DNA of 64,000 nucleotides from Escherichia coli (GTDB lineage Bacteria; Pseudomonadota; Gammaproteobacteria; Enterobacterales; Enterobacteriaceae): NCBI RefSeq assembly GCF_044324875.1, contig NZ_CP172185.1; one strand, 5' to 3'. Shown piece by piece: positions 10,321 to 19,024 of this stretch (position 1 is its first letter; each line of letters starts with the position of its first letter). The notes under the pieces were generated by a model. It saw only the letters and a program-made list of their open reading frames with translations, ran no database searches and was not told where the DNA came from. The position numbers and the translations under genes were made by a program.

Positions 10321-12278
10321 CACTTATCCTCCTTCGGGCAGTGCGCCACAAACATTGTCCCGCTTCCGGCTGCGGCTTTCAGGATCACCGGGCGCATCGG
10401 CAGGATCACGTCTCCCGGACTGCCTCCGCCGTTAAGATTGATTTTCGCGCCCTTAATATCCACGCCGCCGGAATGGATCACCACAAATGAACCGCCCACC
10501 CGCAGACTGATTTTGCTGTCGCTCTGTAAAACAATATCGCCCTGTACGCTGATACCCAGCGCGCCGCTTATTTTCTGTGCCAGATCGCCTTTCACCTCCA
10601 GCCCCTGATTGCCCTCTGTCAGGCTGACATGGTCTTTGGTGGTTTTATGGTCCTGTTTACCTTCAACCGTCACTTTCCGGTCATTTGCCACCACCAGGGA
10701 TTCATCATGCCCGATGCTGACCGTCCGGTCATAGTTGACCCGCTTATCCTTGCTGTTCAGCACAACGACTTGCATATTTTTCTGTGCGTGCAGGTAAATT
10801 TCTTCCTTGTCCGTCGCGTCCTCGAACCGCAGTTCATTAAAGCCGCTTCCTTTATAGGTCTTCGATCGTATCGTCATCTGCGTCTTCGTCCCCGGCAGAC
10901 TCCCCGGCGAACGGTTGTCCTCATGGTACGTCCGCCCCATGATTATCGGCTGGTCCGGGTCGCCGTTCAGGAAGTCTACAATCACTTCCTGGCCGATGCG
11001 CGGTATCGCCAGGTTACCAAATCCCGGCCCCGCCCACGCCTGCGACACCCTCACCCAGCATGAACTCGCCTCCGTTGCCGGGTTATACCTGTCCCAGTGA
11101 AACTGCACTCGCACACGTCCGTGTTCGTCGCAGAAGATTTCCTCTCCCGCAGGACCGGTGACAATGGCGCTCTGTGGCCCGTCCACCTTCGGTTTGCTTT
11201 GCAGCCGTGGACGCCACGTCCGGTCCGCCGGTATCACCTCTAACTGATTTCCCAGCATGGTTCCTCTCCCCTGGCTGCCGTGCAGCGCCTGCGGCTGGTC
11301 CCCTGACAGAATACTCTGTACCACCTGCCATTCACGGTTCAGCATCTTCTGCGGATGCCCCGTCAGCGTAAACCGCGTTCCCGGCCACAGCTTCGGTGAA
11401 TTACTCTGCCCTGTGGCCTTTTCCGCATCACTGCGCAGGCTCTCCATCTGGTACAGCGTGAAATCCTTGCCGTGCTGTTCATCCTTGAACCTTCCCGGAT
11501 AATCAAATATCTCATACTGCTCCAGCTGTCCGTTCAGGTTCTCACCCTGCTGCTCATACATCCCCGGCCAGTCCGGCACCTTAAACGTGTAATCCTGGCT
11601 CTGCACCGACGACGGGCGGACATACGCCTCATAACGGAACATACTGACACACTCTGTCTCCGCTCCTGCCGATGTGTCCGGGTTAAACGGAAGCTCTCCC
11701 GCCTGTGACAGCCCCGCCACATCGTCGCACAGCGTCAGCTTCTGCTCCGGACTGTCCGCCGCAAACCGCTCAAAGAAGAAAATTCCCTCCTCCGCCCACA
11801 ACCGCGCCAGAAACGCCAGGTCGCTTTCCCCGTACTGGACACAGAACTCCCGCGCCGGATGGTCCTCATAAAACAGCGGTGTCCACTCCGTGACGCCGTT
11901 CTCGTTCAGTAACGTGGCCGATATCGTCCGGATATCCTGCTGCTGGAAGATACGGAAGTTCTGCCGCAGCCCGCACCGCCATAACGGCGGCTCAATACGC
12001 AGGTGATAACGCATCTGCCAGCCATTGTTCTCCTGCATGCCAAAACCCGCCACCACGCCGGTGACATAACGCAGCGGGATGACGCCCTGCCAGATGGTCA
12101 GCGTCGCCTTCTTCTCCAGCAGCATCTCCGCCGTCTGCATAAAAGAGTCGCTGGCAACATCCACACTCATCACAAACGGATAAGACTGGTTCTGGATTAA
12201 CCTGAAATGCACCACTGCAAAGGTGTCCGGCTCCTGGCCGTCAATCTCCAGCGTAAAGCGCAGACCTTTTAAGGACAT
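10320..12278 (-). CDS. vgrG: T6SS spike protein VgrG (TssI), no C-terminal effector extension
   Basis: 652-aa ORF with gp27/gp5-like VgrG sequence (QSILSGDQPQ..., repeated beta-helix segment near the C-terminus); ends shortly after the beta-helix; SD agggagg before ATG 12278. Confidence 0.9.
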   Translation of the reverse strand: MSLKGLRFTLEIDGQEPDTFAVVHFRLIQNQSYPFVMSVDVASDSFMQTAEMLLEKKATLTIWQGVIPLRYVTGVVAGFGMQENNGWQMRYHLRIEPPLWRCGLRQNFRIFQQQDIRTISATLLNENGVTEWTPLFYEDHPAREFCVQYGESDLAFLARLWAEEGIFFFERFAADSPEQKLTLCDDVAGLSQAGELPFNPDTSAGAETECVSMFRYEAYVRPSSVQSQDYTFKVPDWPGMYEQQGENLNGQLEQYEIFDYPGRFKDEQHGKDFTLYQMESLRSDAEKATGQSNSPKLWPGTRFTLTGHPQKMLNREWQVVQSILSGDQPQALHGSQGRGTMLGNQLEVIPADRTWRPRLQSKPKVDGPQSAIVTGPAGEEIFCDEHGRVRVQFHWDRYNPATEASSCWVRVSQAWAGPGFGNLAIPRIGQEVIVDFLNGDPDQPIIMGRTYHEDNRSPGSLPGTKTQMTIRSKTYKGSGFNELRFEDATDKEEIYLHAQKNMQVVVLNSKDKRVNYDRTVSIGHDESLVVANDRKVTVEGKQDHKTTKDHVSLTEGNQGLEVKGDLAQKISGALGISVQGDIVLQSDSKISLRVGGSFVVIHSGGVDIKGAKINLNGGGSPGDVILPMRPVILKAAAGSGTMFVAHCPKEDK

Positions 12279-12451
12279 AATGACCTCCCTGATTTATTCA
12301 CGGACCAAATGATTCTTACCATGCAGCAAAGGGTGCCAGTGCAGCGTTACACTCATCTTTACATTTTCAGGTACGCTACCGCCCGGGTTTCCGGCATCCG
12401 CCATCTCCCTCATGAAAGCGTAACTCCTTACTGACACTCATTTTTTACACG

Positions 12452-12488
12452 TACAAAAACAACATCCTGCACGAAGGCAGGATGTTGT
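12452..12488 (-). terminator. Intrinsic terminator/attenuator between hcp and vgrG
   Basis: On the minus strand, hairpin caacatcctgc-cttcgtg-caggatgttg followed by tttttgtac, 10-45 nt after the hcp stop. Confidence 0.55.
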
Positions 12489-12498
12489 TGACTCAGAT

Positions 12499-13017
12499 TT
12501 ATGCTTCCAGCGGTGCACGCCAGTCATCGGCACCAGAAGTACCGGATTTGATGTGCTCCCACTCAACCTTACGGTATGCCAGTGATACTGCGAGCAATTG
12601 CGTAAACTCACGCTGTGCAGGGTCCTGGCAGTGCGGCATGTGCAGGTTCATGTCCACAATCGTCGCGTCAGTAAGACGTGTGGTGAAGTAGTGCTCCTGC
12701 TTGCCTTCAACTGAAGTACGCCACCAGTGCAGCTCCACTTTCGGCAGCATTTCACCGGAGGCCAGCGCGTTGTACAGCAGCGGAACGGCTTTGTTCAGCG
12801 CCACGGTGAAAATGAACGGTTTGTGCGCGCGCTGCCCGGAAGGTTGACCAGACTGTGGATCGGTTGGAACAGTAACGTTATGCAGAAACTCCTGCACCAG
12901 CATTTCATCTTCGTGTCCCTGCACGTAGATATTGCCGACAGAATCTGCGGTGAAAGCACCGGCAGTGATGTTCCCCTGGGTCTGACCTGTAATTGAAATG
13001 TAACATGGGGTTGGCAT
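12499..13017 (-). CDS. hcp: T6SS tube protein Hcp (TssD)
   Basis: 172-aa ORF MPTPCYISITGQTQGNITAGA..., typical Hcp; SD aaggag upstream; immediately upstream of vgrG on the same strand. Confidence 0.88.
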   Translation of the reverse strand: MPTPCYISITGQTQGNITAGAFTADSVGNIYVQGHEDEMLVQEFLHNVTVPTDPQSGQPSGQRAHKPFIFTVALNKAVPLLYNALASGEMLPKVELHWWRTSVEGKQEHYFTTRLTDATIVDMNLHMPHCQDPAQREFTQLLAVSLAYRKVEWEHIKSGTSGADDWRAPLEA

Positions 13018-13719
13018 TTATGAACTCCTTGTGAAATTATCAACTGCTGTTTTACGAACAACCCGTCGTTAATCCCCGACGGGTTAGAGTGTGATGCGGC
13101 TCACATCAGGAACCACACCCTTTTCTTTATTCGAGTTACAGGCACACGTAATTAGCACCTACTGAAAAACTCTTTTATGGTGTTTAAATATATTTTTAGT
13201 CAATTTCAGAACACGGTCACATAAGCTAAAAATATATCAACTTCAACAGCAGAATTATCCATAACGTATCCTTCCCCCCATAAAAATCCACAGCCGCGTC
13301 AAAAACAAATTATTACGACACTTACTCAGCCATCGTTCCAGCACGCAATTAAGACATTCCTTAAAGGAATTCCTTATGATGTATTTCCAGCAATTAATCA
13401 ATTGATAAAACCATACATAAAACTTATTAATAAATTTAATAAATACATATAAATCAATATATTATGGCATTTTATTGACCGTAAAATCATATTCATCAAG
13501 TCTATAAATACCAAAATTTATTTCACTATAATATATTAGCAAGGAAGAATACATCTCTTTCTAAAATATAAATAGTTCTTTTAATATTTTATTTCATGAG
13601 TAGAATACCGATCACAACAGAAGGAAGGTTACATTATCTAACTGCCACTGAAACGGTATCTTCGGTATTTTTATGCAGTACGAAAATGCTGTGCTCATGG
13701 CCTGAACGGGAACATTTTT
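13018..13719. promoter_or_regulatory. AT-rich divergent control region between hcp (minus) and tssB (plus)
   Basis: About 700 bp, very AT-rich, non-coding, between divergently transcribed operons; one GATC at 13611-13614. Promoters were not mapped. Confidence 0.5.
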
Positions 13720-14223
13720 ATGAGCAAAATGAACAACAATGGCGGCAGTGTCGCGCCGAAAGAAAGAATCAGCGTTCGGTATACACCAAAAGTTGATGGG
13801 GTGGCTGCTGATATCGAATTGCCGCTGAATTTATTGATCACCGGCAATCTGAAAGGGAAACCAGATAACACGCCGTTGGACGAGCGAACTGCCATTGCTA
13901 TCAACCGCTATAACCTCAACGCAGTCATTTCAGAAGCTGACATTGAACGGGAGTTTGTTGTTCCGGCTGAACTCAGTGACGCTCCCAATGAGCAAATGTA
14001 CGTCAACCTGAAAGTCAAATCTATGGATGACCTTTCTCCGGACCATATTGCCAGCCAGGTACCAGAAATAAAACGTCTGCTCGAATTGCGTGAAGCTCTG
14101 GTCGCACTTAAGTCTCCACTAGGCAATATTCCGGCCTTCCGCGCACAACTTCAGGCGCTACTGGAAAACGAAGACAGCCGCGAGCAGCTGATCCAAGAAC
14201 TGGGTATCGCCGCTCAGAAATAA
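13720..14223 (+). CDS. tssB: T6SS contractile sheath small subunit TssB (VipA)
   Basis: 167-aa ORF MSKMNNNGGSVAPKERISVRYTPKV...; typical TssB length and sequence. Confidence 0.9.
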   Translation: MSKMNNNGGSVAPKERISVRYTPKVDGVAADIELPLNLLITGNLKGKPDNTPLDERTAIAINRYNLNAVISEADIEREFVVPAELSDAPNEQMYVNLKVKSMDDLSPDHIASQVPEIKRLLELREALVALKSPLGNIPAFRAQLQALLENEDSREQLIQELGIAAQK

Positions 14224-14245
14224 TTTTCACAGAAGGATTTTCAGT

Positions 14246-15730
14246 ATGTCAGTAAAGGAAGATATTGCTCCCGTCAGCGCGTCGCAAACCGCCGCGCCCC
14301 CATCTCTGCTTGATGAAATCATGGCGCAAACCCGCGTCCAGCCTAAATCAGAAAGCTACGATATCACCCGCCAGGGCGTGAGCGCCTTTATTGCCGCCAT
14401 GTTACAGGGCGACAGTAGCGCTGAACCTATCAATATCCTGGCCGTTGACGCCATGATTGCTGATATTGATGCCCGAACCAGCAGGCAGATGGATGCCATT
14501 ATTCATGCCCCGGAGTTTCAGGAACTGGAATCCCTGCTGCGCTCGCTGAAGCTGCTGGTTGAACGCGCGGATACACGGGAAAACATCAAGGTCCATTTCC
14601 TGAATGTCACTCAGGAAGAACTGCTGGATGATTTCGAATTTGCACCTGAAATCACGCAGTCTGCGTATTACAAGCATGTATATTCAAGCGGTTACGGACA
14701 ATTTGGCGGTGAGCCAGTGGCGGCGGTAATCGGCAACTTTGCCTTTAAGAACACCACGCCGGATATGAAGTTGCTGAAATATATCAGCCAGGTCAGTGCG
14801 ATGGCGCACAGCCCGTTCCTCTCATCAGTATCATCCGAATTTTTCGGTCTGGACTCATGGACAGAGTTACCAGGGATCAAAGAACCAGGAGCAATCTTTG
14901 AAGGCCCGGCCTATTCCCGCTGGCGTGCCTTGCGTGAATCTGAAGATTCACGCTACCTGGGACTGACTGCCCCCCGGTTCCTGCTGCGTCACCCTTACTC
15001 GCCAGATGAGAACCCAGCCAGGACCTTCCGTTACCATGAAGACGTCAGCCAGAGTCACGAGTCTTATTTGTGGGGGAACACCTCGTTTTTACTAGCTGCG
15101 AACCTGGCTGAAAGTTTTGCTAAATATCGCTGGTGTCCCAATATCATTGGCCCTTCCAGCGGCGGCGCAGTCAAAGACCTCCCGGTGCATCTGTATGAAT
15201 CCATGGGGCAAATGCAGGCAAAAATTCCGACTGAAGTGTTGATCACTGACCGGAGAGAGTATGAGCTGGCGGAAGAAGGCTTTATCACACTGACCATGCG
15301 TAAAGGATCTGATAATGCGTGCTTTTTCTCGGCCAACTCGGTGCAGAAACCCAAAAAATTCCCCAAAACCCCCGAAGGCAAGGCTGCGGAGACCAACTAT
15401 AAACTCGGCACTCAGCTGCCATACTTATTTGTAATCAGTAGGTTAGCGCATTACATCAAGGTAATTCAGCGCGAACAGCTTGGCTCATGGAAAGAACGCA
15501 GTGACCTGGAGCGTGAGCTGAACACCTGGATTCGCCAGTATGTGGCCGACCAGGAGAATCCGCCTGCCGAAGTCCGCAGCCACCGACCATTACGTCAGGC
15601 GAAGATCGAGGTACTTGATGTGGATGGTGAGCCAGGCTGGTACCAGGTCGCGATTTCTGTCAGACCGCATTTTAAATACATGGGTGCCAGTTTCGACCTG
15701 AGTCTGGTCGGACGACTGGATAAGGAATAA
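14246..15730 (+). CDS. tssC: T6SS contractile sheath large subunit TssC (VipB)
   Basis: 494-aa ORF; typical TssC size and sequence; follows tssB. Confidence 0.9.
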   Translation: MSVKEDIAPVSASQTAAPPSLLDEIMAQTRVQPKSESYDITRQGVSAFIAAMLQGDSSAEPINILAVDAMIADIDARTSRQMDAIIHAPEFQELESLLRSLKLLVERADTRENIKVHFLNVTQEELLDDFEFAPEITQSAYYKHVYSSGYGQFGGEPVAAVIGNFAFKNTTPDMKLLKYISQVSAMAHSPFLSSVSSEFFGLDSWTELPGIKEPGAIFEGPAYSRWRALRESEDSRYLGLTAPRFLLRHPYSPDENPARTFRYHEDVSQSHESYLWGNTSFLLAANLAESFAKYRWCPNIIGPSSGGAVKDLPVHLYESMGQMQAKIPTEVLITDRREYELAEEGFITLTMRKGSDNACFFSANSVQKPKKFPKTPEGKAAETNYKLGTQLPYLFVISRLAHYIKVIQREQLGSWKERSDLERELNTWIRQYVADQENPPAEVRSHRPLRQAKIEVLDVDGEPGWYQVAISVRPHFKYMGASFDLSLVGRLDKE

Positions 15731-15734
15731 TCAG

Positions 15735-16160
15735 ATGCAAAGACGGGATTCAGGGCCAACCAGCAGTCTTTTTGAACGTATTCGTGAGGCGGCCAACCCG
15801 CCTTCATACCAGAATACAAAAGAAGCACTGATACGTTCCATCAGACGTAACCTGCGACAGGTCCTGAATACCCGCTCCGGCAGTTGTTATGGCTCACCAG
15901 AGCTGGGGATTACTGATTTAAATGATGAATCGCTGGCCTCCAGCGATTTCAGACGAGAAATCCGTAAGTCCATTAGCCAGTGCATTTTACATTACGAACC
16001 TCGTATTACCGATGTTGTTGTTACGGCTGCGGCACCGGATGAATACGCCCCTGTGGAACTACGTTTTCATATTGTGGCTACGGTCGATGTCAGCGAAACC
16101 AGGGGAGTGTTTGAATTTGACATTTTGCTGGACAATCATCAACGCTATTGTGTGGAGTGA
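15735..16160 (+). CDS. tssE: T6SS baseplate protein TssE (gp25-like)
   Basis: 141-aa ORF with gp25-like sequence; follows tssC. Confidence 0.85.
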   Translation: MQRRDSGPTSSLFERIREAANPPSYQNTKEALIRSIRRNLRQVLNTRSGSCYGSPELGITDLNDESLASSDFRREIRKSISQCILHYEPRITDVVVTAAAPDEYAPVELRFHIVATVDVSETRGVFEFDILLDNHQRYCVE

Positions 16161-16165
16161 TCTCT

Positions 16166-18007
16166 GTGGCTTTTGAAGAACGTTACTACCGCGAAGAGCT
16201 GGATTATCTTCGCCAGCTTGGCAAACTGCTGGCGCAGGAAAAACCACATCTGGCCCACTTTCTGGCCGAGAAAGAGGGTGATCCGGACGTGGAGCGTCTG
16301 ATGGAAGCCTTTGCCTTTATGTCCGGTAGCCTGCGTCAGAAACTTGAGGACGAATTCCCCGAATTCACCCATGGGCTAATCCGTATGCTGTGGGCAAACT
16401 ATTTACGCCCAGTTCCGGCCATGACGGTTATTGCCTATGAACCCAAAACCGATCAGTTAAAAGTCCCTGTTCAAGTCTGCCGTAATGAACTGATCAGAAG
16501 CCGCTCAGAAAAGTCCGCCCTGGCTGCTCAGAAGGTGCTGTCTGACAATCATGATAAAATCGTTTCTTCCGTAGCCTGTCATTTCACGCTGGCGCGCGAT
16601 ATCTGGCTGCAACCACTGCGCATTCTCGACACCCACAACGCCAGCAGCCTGAAAGAAGGCATCATAGATATCAGTTTTACCGCAGATAACAATGTCTCCC
16701 CCGCCATGCTTGACCTGAACAAAATAACGTTCTGGCTGGGTAATGAAGACGATTATACCCGACACCAACTTTATCTGTGGTTTTGCGAATGCCTGATGGA
16801 TGCGGAACTGATTGCCGGAGAGTACCGCCTGCCGCTGCCGGATCTGTGGCTGGAGGCCGCCGGATTTGAAAACCAGGACGCACTGCTGCCGTGGCCGAAA
16901 AATGTCCACAGCGGCTATCGGGTACTCCAGGAGTATTTCTGCTATCCCGAAGCCTTCTTTTTTTTCCATCTGCGCGATGTTGCGCCACTACCGGACGATT
17001 TCCCGGCCAGCGCGTTTACGCTGCGCCTGCACTTTAACCGCCCGTTACCTGCCGACATCAAGCTACGCCGGGACTCACTGCGTCTGCACTGTACGCCAGC
17101 CATTAACCTGTTTACGCATTATGCGGAACCCGTCAGGCCTGATGGGCGGATAGCGGAATACCCGCTGCGCGCCAGCCACCGGCATCCCGACGCTTATGAC
17201 ATTTTTCAGATAAGCACAGTCACCAGCAAAGTCAAAGTTTCAGGTACTGAATCCAACCCTGGCAGCCAGGCGCGTGTCTGGCCCGAATTTGAAAGTTTCC
17301 AGCACCAGATGGAGTACAGCCGCCAGCGGGAAGTCGTCTACTGGCATCACCGGACTAAAACATCCCTGTTTCACCGCGGGCTTGAACATAGTATCGCCTT
17401 TGTCCATGCGGACGGCAGCATTCCGGACAGCTCACGGTTTAATGATGATGTGATCACCACGTCATTAATCTGTACCAACCGTATGATCCCTGCTCGGCTG
17501 CATATCGGCGATATCTGCGTGGCCGTCAACAAAAACCCGGCGGTGGCCTCATTTCATAATGTCACACGCCCGACGCAGCCGCTCTGGCCAGTCACGGACG
17601 GCGACATGCACTGGTCGCTGATTTCCGCGATGAACCTGAACTACCTATCCCTGCTGGACAGGGAGACACTGATCCAGATCCTGCGGACCTTCGACCTGCC
17701 AGGCGCTCACCATCCGCAGCGGGCCAGACTGTCGCGCCAGAAACTGGATGCCATAGAAAAACTCGAAACCAAACCTGTTGACAGGTTGTTTAAAGGCGTG
17801 CCGGTTCGCGGGCTGGCGACCACGCTGTGGATACGTCCCGATCCATTTATCTGCGAAGGTGAAATTTATCTTCTTGGTACAGTGCTCTCGCACTTTTTTG
17901 CTCTCTACGCCAGCATCAATTCGTACCACTGTCTGAAAATCATCAACACGGAAAGTCAGGAGGCCTGGGAATGGCAGGAGAAAATGGGTCAGCACGCCCT
18001 TATATAG
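16166..18007 (+). CDS. tssF: T6SS baseplate protein TssF
   Basis: About 613 aa; N-terminal EERYYREELDYLRQLG is typical of TssF. Start ambiguous (TTG 16148, GTG 16157 or GTG 16166); 16166 chosen because GGAG lies 7-8 nt upstream. Confidence 0.85.
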   Translation: MAFEERYYREELDYLRQLGKLLAQEKPHLAHFLAEKEGDPDVERLMEAFAFMSGSLRQKLEDEFPEFTHGLIRMLWANYLRPVPAMTVIAYEPKTDQLKVPVQVCRNELIRSRSEKSALAAQKVLSDNHDKIVSSVACHFTLARDIWLQPLRILDTHNASSLKEGIIDISFTADNNVSPAMLDLNKITFWLGNEDDYTRHQLYLWFCECLMDAELIAGEYRLPLPDLWLEAAGFENQDALLPWPKNVHSGYRVLQEYFCYPEAFFFFHLRDVAPLPDDFPASAFTLRLHFNRPLPADIKLRRDSLRLHCTPAINLFTHYAEPVRPDGRIAEYPLRASHRHPDAYDIFQISTVTSKVKVSGTESNPGSQARVWPEFESFQHQMEYSRQREVVYWHHRTKTSLFHRGLEHSIAFVHADGSIPDSSRFNDDVITTSLICTNRMIPARLHIGDICVAVNKNPAVASFHNVTRPTQPLWPVTDGDMHWSLISAMNLNYLSLLDRETLIQILRTFDLPGAHHPQRARLSRQKLDAIEKLETKPVDRLFKGVPVRGLATTLWIRPDPFICEGEIYLLGTVLSHFFALYASINSYHCLKIINTESQEAWEWQEKMGQHALI

Positions 18008-19020
18008 CGACAAAACCGCCGTTATCGGCGGATGTGCGCAACTGCAATTTCTATGTGCTGATGGAGGCGCTGTACCGTCGGTATGGCGCTCCGGGCCAGG
18101 ATATTTCCCTGCGTACCGAGCCAGCCCAAGAGATCGTGCGTTTCAGCTCTGACGCCAATATCGGTTTTCCGGGTACGGACCTGAGTGTGCTTTCCCGTAG
18201 CCAGAACGGACAGTATGTACTGCAAACCCGTTTCCTGGGCTTTTCCGGCAGCCAGTCGCCGCTACCGGGCTATTATCTGGATCAGATGGCGCAGGAGTCC
18301 GCACAGAACGAAGACGGCCTGAAAGAATTTCTCGATCTATTCAGCCACCGCTGGACACAGTTTGCCTATCATGCCTGGCGCAAATACCGCTACTACATCT
18401 GCTTTCGTAACGGCGGTACTGACACCTTTTCACAGCGCATGTACGCACTGGTCGGGCTGGGTAATCAGAGCGTGCGTGACAGGCTTGCCATTAACCACAG
18501 CAAAATGCTGGCCTACGCCGGAATTCTGGCAACACCAGGCCGCGCGCCGGAGGTTATCTGTAATCTGGTGTCGCACTGTTTTGATTTGCCGGATGTCACC
18601 ATTGAACGCTGGCAACTGCGTAAAGTCGCCATTGATCCGGCACACCAGAACCGGCTGGGTGTACGTAATCCGAAAGGAAAAACGGCTGGACATATTCCGG
18701 GACGCTCCATACTCGGCGTTAATTTTACCCTCGGCGCACGGGTGCCGGATCGCAGCGGAAAATTCCTGTTGCAGATTGGCGGCCTGTCGCGGGAGCGTTA
18801 TCTCTCATTTTTACCCGATGGCGAAAATCACCTGCCGCTGACCATGTTCCTTTCCTTTATTCTGCGCGACCAGTTTGCCTGGGATTTACGGCTGTGCCTA
18901 GCACCACAGCAGGCTAAAGGGATGCGCCTTGGCGATCCTGCCAGCTCCCGCCTCGGCAGAACCAGCTTTATTGGTCAGCCGAAAGTACCGCCCGCCATCA
19001 CAATCCGAATCAGGGAATAA
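17971..19020 (+). CDS. tssG: T6SS baseplate protein TssG
   Basis: 349-aa ORF; position and size fit TssG; ATG 17971 with SD aggagg; overlaps the tssF end. Confidence 0.8.
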   Translation: MAGENGSARPYIATKPPLSADVRNCNFYVLMEALYRRYGAPGQDISLRTEPAQEIVRFSSDANIGFPGTDLSVLSRSQNGQYVLQTRFLGFSGSQSPLPGYYLDQMAQESAQNEDGLKEFLDLFSHRWTQFAYHAWRKYRYYICFRNGGTDTFSQRMYALVGLGNQSVRDRLAINHSKMLAYAGILATPGRAPEVICNLVSHCFDLPDVTIERWQLRKVAIDPAHQNRLGVRNPKGKTAGHIPGRSILGVNFTLGARVPDRSGKFLLQIGGLSRERYLSFLPDGENHLPLTMFLSFILRDQFAWDLRLCLAPQQAKGMRLGDPASSRLGRTSFIGQPKVPPAITIRIRE

Positions 19021-19024
19021 TTCT

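Noticed and set aside
13018-13719. A specific Fur box in the hcp-tssB intergenic region.
   Set aside because: Several A/T-rich near-palindromes exist (for example aatcatattcatc) but none matches the Fur consensus well enough to call without a matrix scan; reported only as a candidate regulatory region.
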